The position numbers were made by a program, and so were the translations under genes. Of a DNA stretch of 64,000 bases, positions 61,201 through 64,000 are shown in pieces. This stretch comes from Microthyrium microscopicum (Eukaryota), in assembly GCA_010405405.1 (NCBI GenBank), contig MU004236.1, positions 1,928,070 to 1,992,069 on the forward strand, in the 5' to 3' direction. Below the pieces are notes generated by a model. That model saw only the letters and a list, made by a program, of their open reading frames with translations, searched no databases and was not told the DNA's origin. Each line of letters starts with the position of its first letter. Position 1 is the stretch's first letter.

Positions 61201-61709
61201 TATAATTTAGCATTACTACTACTTTAATAACTATAATACTAGTTTTCTCTTAAAAAAAGTAAGGAAGACTTATTAGTTCTAAGAATAAGGTATAATTAAA
61301 GCTAAAAGACATAAAGAAGCTATAGAAATAACTTTTCTTTAGACTTATAGGTTAGAAAATATAAATATACTAAAAATAGGATTAAGATAGGATAAAAAAT
61401 AACTATAAGAGGACATAAAAATAATAATAGGATATAGAAGAGATAAATCTCTTTAAAGGCGTATTTTAGGTACAAAATTACTATTAAAGAAGTTAATCTA
61501 CTAAACTAGTCTTATAGGCTTTATCTATAGTAAAAGCGTTAATATTTTATACTTTTTTTAAACCTACTTTATAACTAGTAAACTAATACCAAGATTTCTA
61601 TATTTATTTCCTATTTAGGCATAGCCTAGAGCGCTATATATTCCTAGCGCTAGTTAACGAATATTCTGGCGCTGGTTAACGAATATTTTGGCGCCAGCTA
61701 ACAATGCCC
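58278..61709 (+). mobile_element. Mutator-like (MULE) DNA transposon inactivated by RIP
   Basis: 9-bp TSD TGCGGGTAT (58269-58277, 61710-61718). TIRs start GGGCATT and end AATGCCC. Very AT- and TpA-rich interior with transposase ghosts on the + strand: TNHYKILL (about 59300), NVVLTN..ALKN (about 59460), FRLPYSY (about 60215; ancestral GLPCxH). Confidence 0.9.
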
Positions 61710-62368
61710 TGCGGGTATTTAGGTTTAATATAGCTAGACCTTTATAGGCTAGGGAGTAAATCGGGGCTGATATAGTCAAGATCACACCTCCCAGCCCAAA
61801 CGGATCGGATGCGTAACTTAAAAGAAGAGATGCATAACATGTTCTTTCTATGCCTGATGAACCACGTGGGTATTCGTATCATAATCTCCACAATCAGTAT
61901 ATATGCTTAATGCTGAATACCTCCGAAAGAAAGGGCGCAACACATATCTGATCCAAGGGAAACAAAATTTACAAGCGTACAATTACATTTTTGGGTATAG
62001 GGGTATGTAAAATCTATCTATCCTCGATTATCGATACTATTCAAGTCTACTCTGGAAGCATCATAGCCATCACAGGGCTAGCTTCGAACCTTGGGATTCA
62101 ACAAATCCATTCGTAGTGCAGGAAACAAGACGAGTTGCCACGTTCCTACGCCACCGGATATTCATAGAATCTTCAACATTGTCGTGGGTGGCAAACAGAG
62201 CATTTAGCAAGGTGTATTTTTAACGAAGGCCCGCAATCCATGGCAGTATACAATCCATTAGCGATCCTCGTGGACTGTAACATTCAAAGTTCGGCTTCGC
62301 ACTCGTGCAGTCAAGTCAAGACAACTCAAAAGACTCTGCAGCTAAACAAGAAAGCCTACTTCAAACGA

Positions 62369-64000
62369 CTAAGGGCGAGGGAATGGCGCACCATAATAAT
62401 GGGCTTGAGGCATGGCAGTTCCGGCAGGCGAAGCAGAACCATGAGGACTACCCGCATTGGCATTTGGAGGATTGGCCGAACGTGCAGGGAAGGGTGGAGC
62501 TTGAGGCATGACACCATTATTTGCTCGCTGGAAGGAAACTCCATTGTGCGGAACTTGAGATGTGGCAGCACCTAGAGGTAAAGCCAAGTTTTGTAGCATC
62601 GGGTTATGAGTTGCAGCCTGACGAACTGCGACTCCGGACTGCTGTGCTTGTCGAACTCCAGCAATATTTTGAGCTTGGGAATTCGCGAGACCGAAAGTTC
62701 GAGTTTGAGGGATCGCTTGGCCGCGAGGCCGAACTGAAAGCAGAGATACGCCAGCACCAGAAGCTGCCAGTCGTTCAGTGAGAACACTAATTTGGCCTAA
62801 TTTCGGATGGGCAGAGCTGGCGAACTGAAATTGAGGATTGAAATGTCCAGTAGGTAGACTCAGATCACGGATACCGAAGGAAACAGGACCTTGAGCATTG
62901 GCTGAGGTAACAGATTCTTGAGCATTGAGTGAAGAGGTGGCCTGTGTGGTTTGTTGAAGACATGGCATTCGTGCCAATGCTCTCAATCTGAAGCGATGAC
63001 CACGATGGCTAACTGATTGAATCTCATACTCCAATTGTCGTTGAGATGCTAGGGTCATAATCAGCTCGAGCTGTTCGATGTCTTTGACTACGCCAGATCC
63101 GGAATGTGCCAATTGTCGAGCACGATTCCAAACATCATTTTGAGAATAGCAGCCAAGGAAAAAGCGCGTATCGCTAACCTGATCGTCTATATCTTCCAGC
63201 ATTGACTGGACGAATTTCTGGTAGGCCACTTCCACTCCTGTCAAATCATAGTTTCTCACGATCTGTGGAAGTTTTTGTGGTCCCTTGATCACTGTTGCGC
63301 GAAAGTCAAAATATTCCGTCAGAGGTCCGAATGGTTCTTGACTGTCTGGAGAATATATCAAGGGGTATCGATAACGAGGCCGGGATCCTTGAATACGCAG
63401 TATCTACAAGGAGTTAGAAAATCGACTTCAAGAAGATAGGAAAAGCGTGAAGATCCAGGTAGAACACTTACCTTGGAGTGAAGCTTTGGTAGAGTCACAA
63501 AGAGAACAAAGTCGTTCTCTGTGAATTGTTTGGTGGCTTTGTCGGTGGCAATGTATGGCACAAATATACCAAATGGTAATAACATGTTGCCATGTAGGTC
63601 GAGGTGCTGAAATTTGATATATGTCGGATCGATTGCGCGTCGGAACTTTAACACATCAATAAGTTCTGACTGATGCTTTGCTAACTGCTCGATGCTGCAT
63701 GTTCTTCGGAATGAGCGATGCTGGGTGATAAAGGAAATCGAGACCCCTGTGAATTGGCATTGCGCAACGAATGCACGACTTAGAGCTCGTAGACCCTCAA
63801 GCAGGGAGTAGAATTCGACGTCCCAAGCTATGTCCAGGGATGGGGTATAGTTGACCAGCTTGACCATCAGGTTAACATGACGTGCTTGTGTCATTGCATA
63901 AGGCAGCGTCATCGTTGAATCAGAATAAATAGCCGCGCGCCGAAGATCCTGTTGAGCTATGTCTACCGGAAAGCTATACATGTTACCACAAAACCGGAAG
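62369..64000 (-). CDS. Hypothetical protein, probably 5'-truncated by the window edge
   Basis: Intron 63471-63404 (GTAAGT..CTAAC..TAG) joins the 207-aa and 330-aa ORFs in frame. The frame stays open to position 64000. Q/A/P-rich C-terminus. Confidence 0.7.

Noticed and set aside
63358..63361. 4-nt overlap of two minus-strand ORFs suggesting a programmed frameshift or coupled genes
   Set aside because: A canonical 68-nt intron (63471-63404) joins them in frame.
1..64000. tRNA, rRNA or CRISPR arrays
   Set aside because: T-loop-like words near 57252 and 62082 lack a cloverleaf. No rRNA or repeat-spacer pattern was seen by eye; a tRNAscan/Infernal run would be needed to exclude small RNAs.

Overview
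Intron-containing filamentous ascomycete (Pezizomycotina) chromosome segment; the class cannot be fixed from sequence alone. Core genes: Pmp1/Msg5-like MAPK phosphatase, J-domain protein, S53 tripeptidyl-peptidase, COX12 head-to-head with an NDUFA4/MLRQ-like gene, Cyp33-type RRM protein, SEC31, NmrA-like reductase, BET4, an AMA1-like APC/C activator and a cupredoxin. Accessory content: a tandem array of four divergent APH/kinase-like genes (17.0-28.5 kb), small secreted Cys-rich and CFEM proteins, F-box-like genes, pseudogene remnants, a 310-bp MITE and a 3.4-kb RIP-destroyed Mutator-like transposon. The strongest signal is two unrelated, otherwise intact genes each broken by one in-frame TAG where Trp fits: AMA1 (49843-49845) and the last kinase paralog (28149-28151). 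Both sit in the context preferred by fungal sexual-stage A-to-I editing (UAG to UGG). AMA1 also appears to need a 45-nt AT-AC intron. Exon boundaries were read by eye; no searches or alignments were run.
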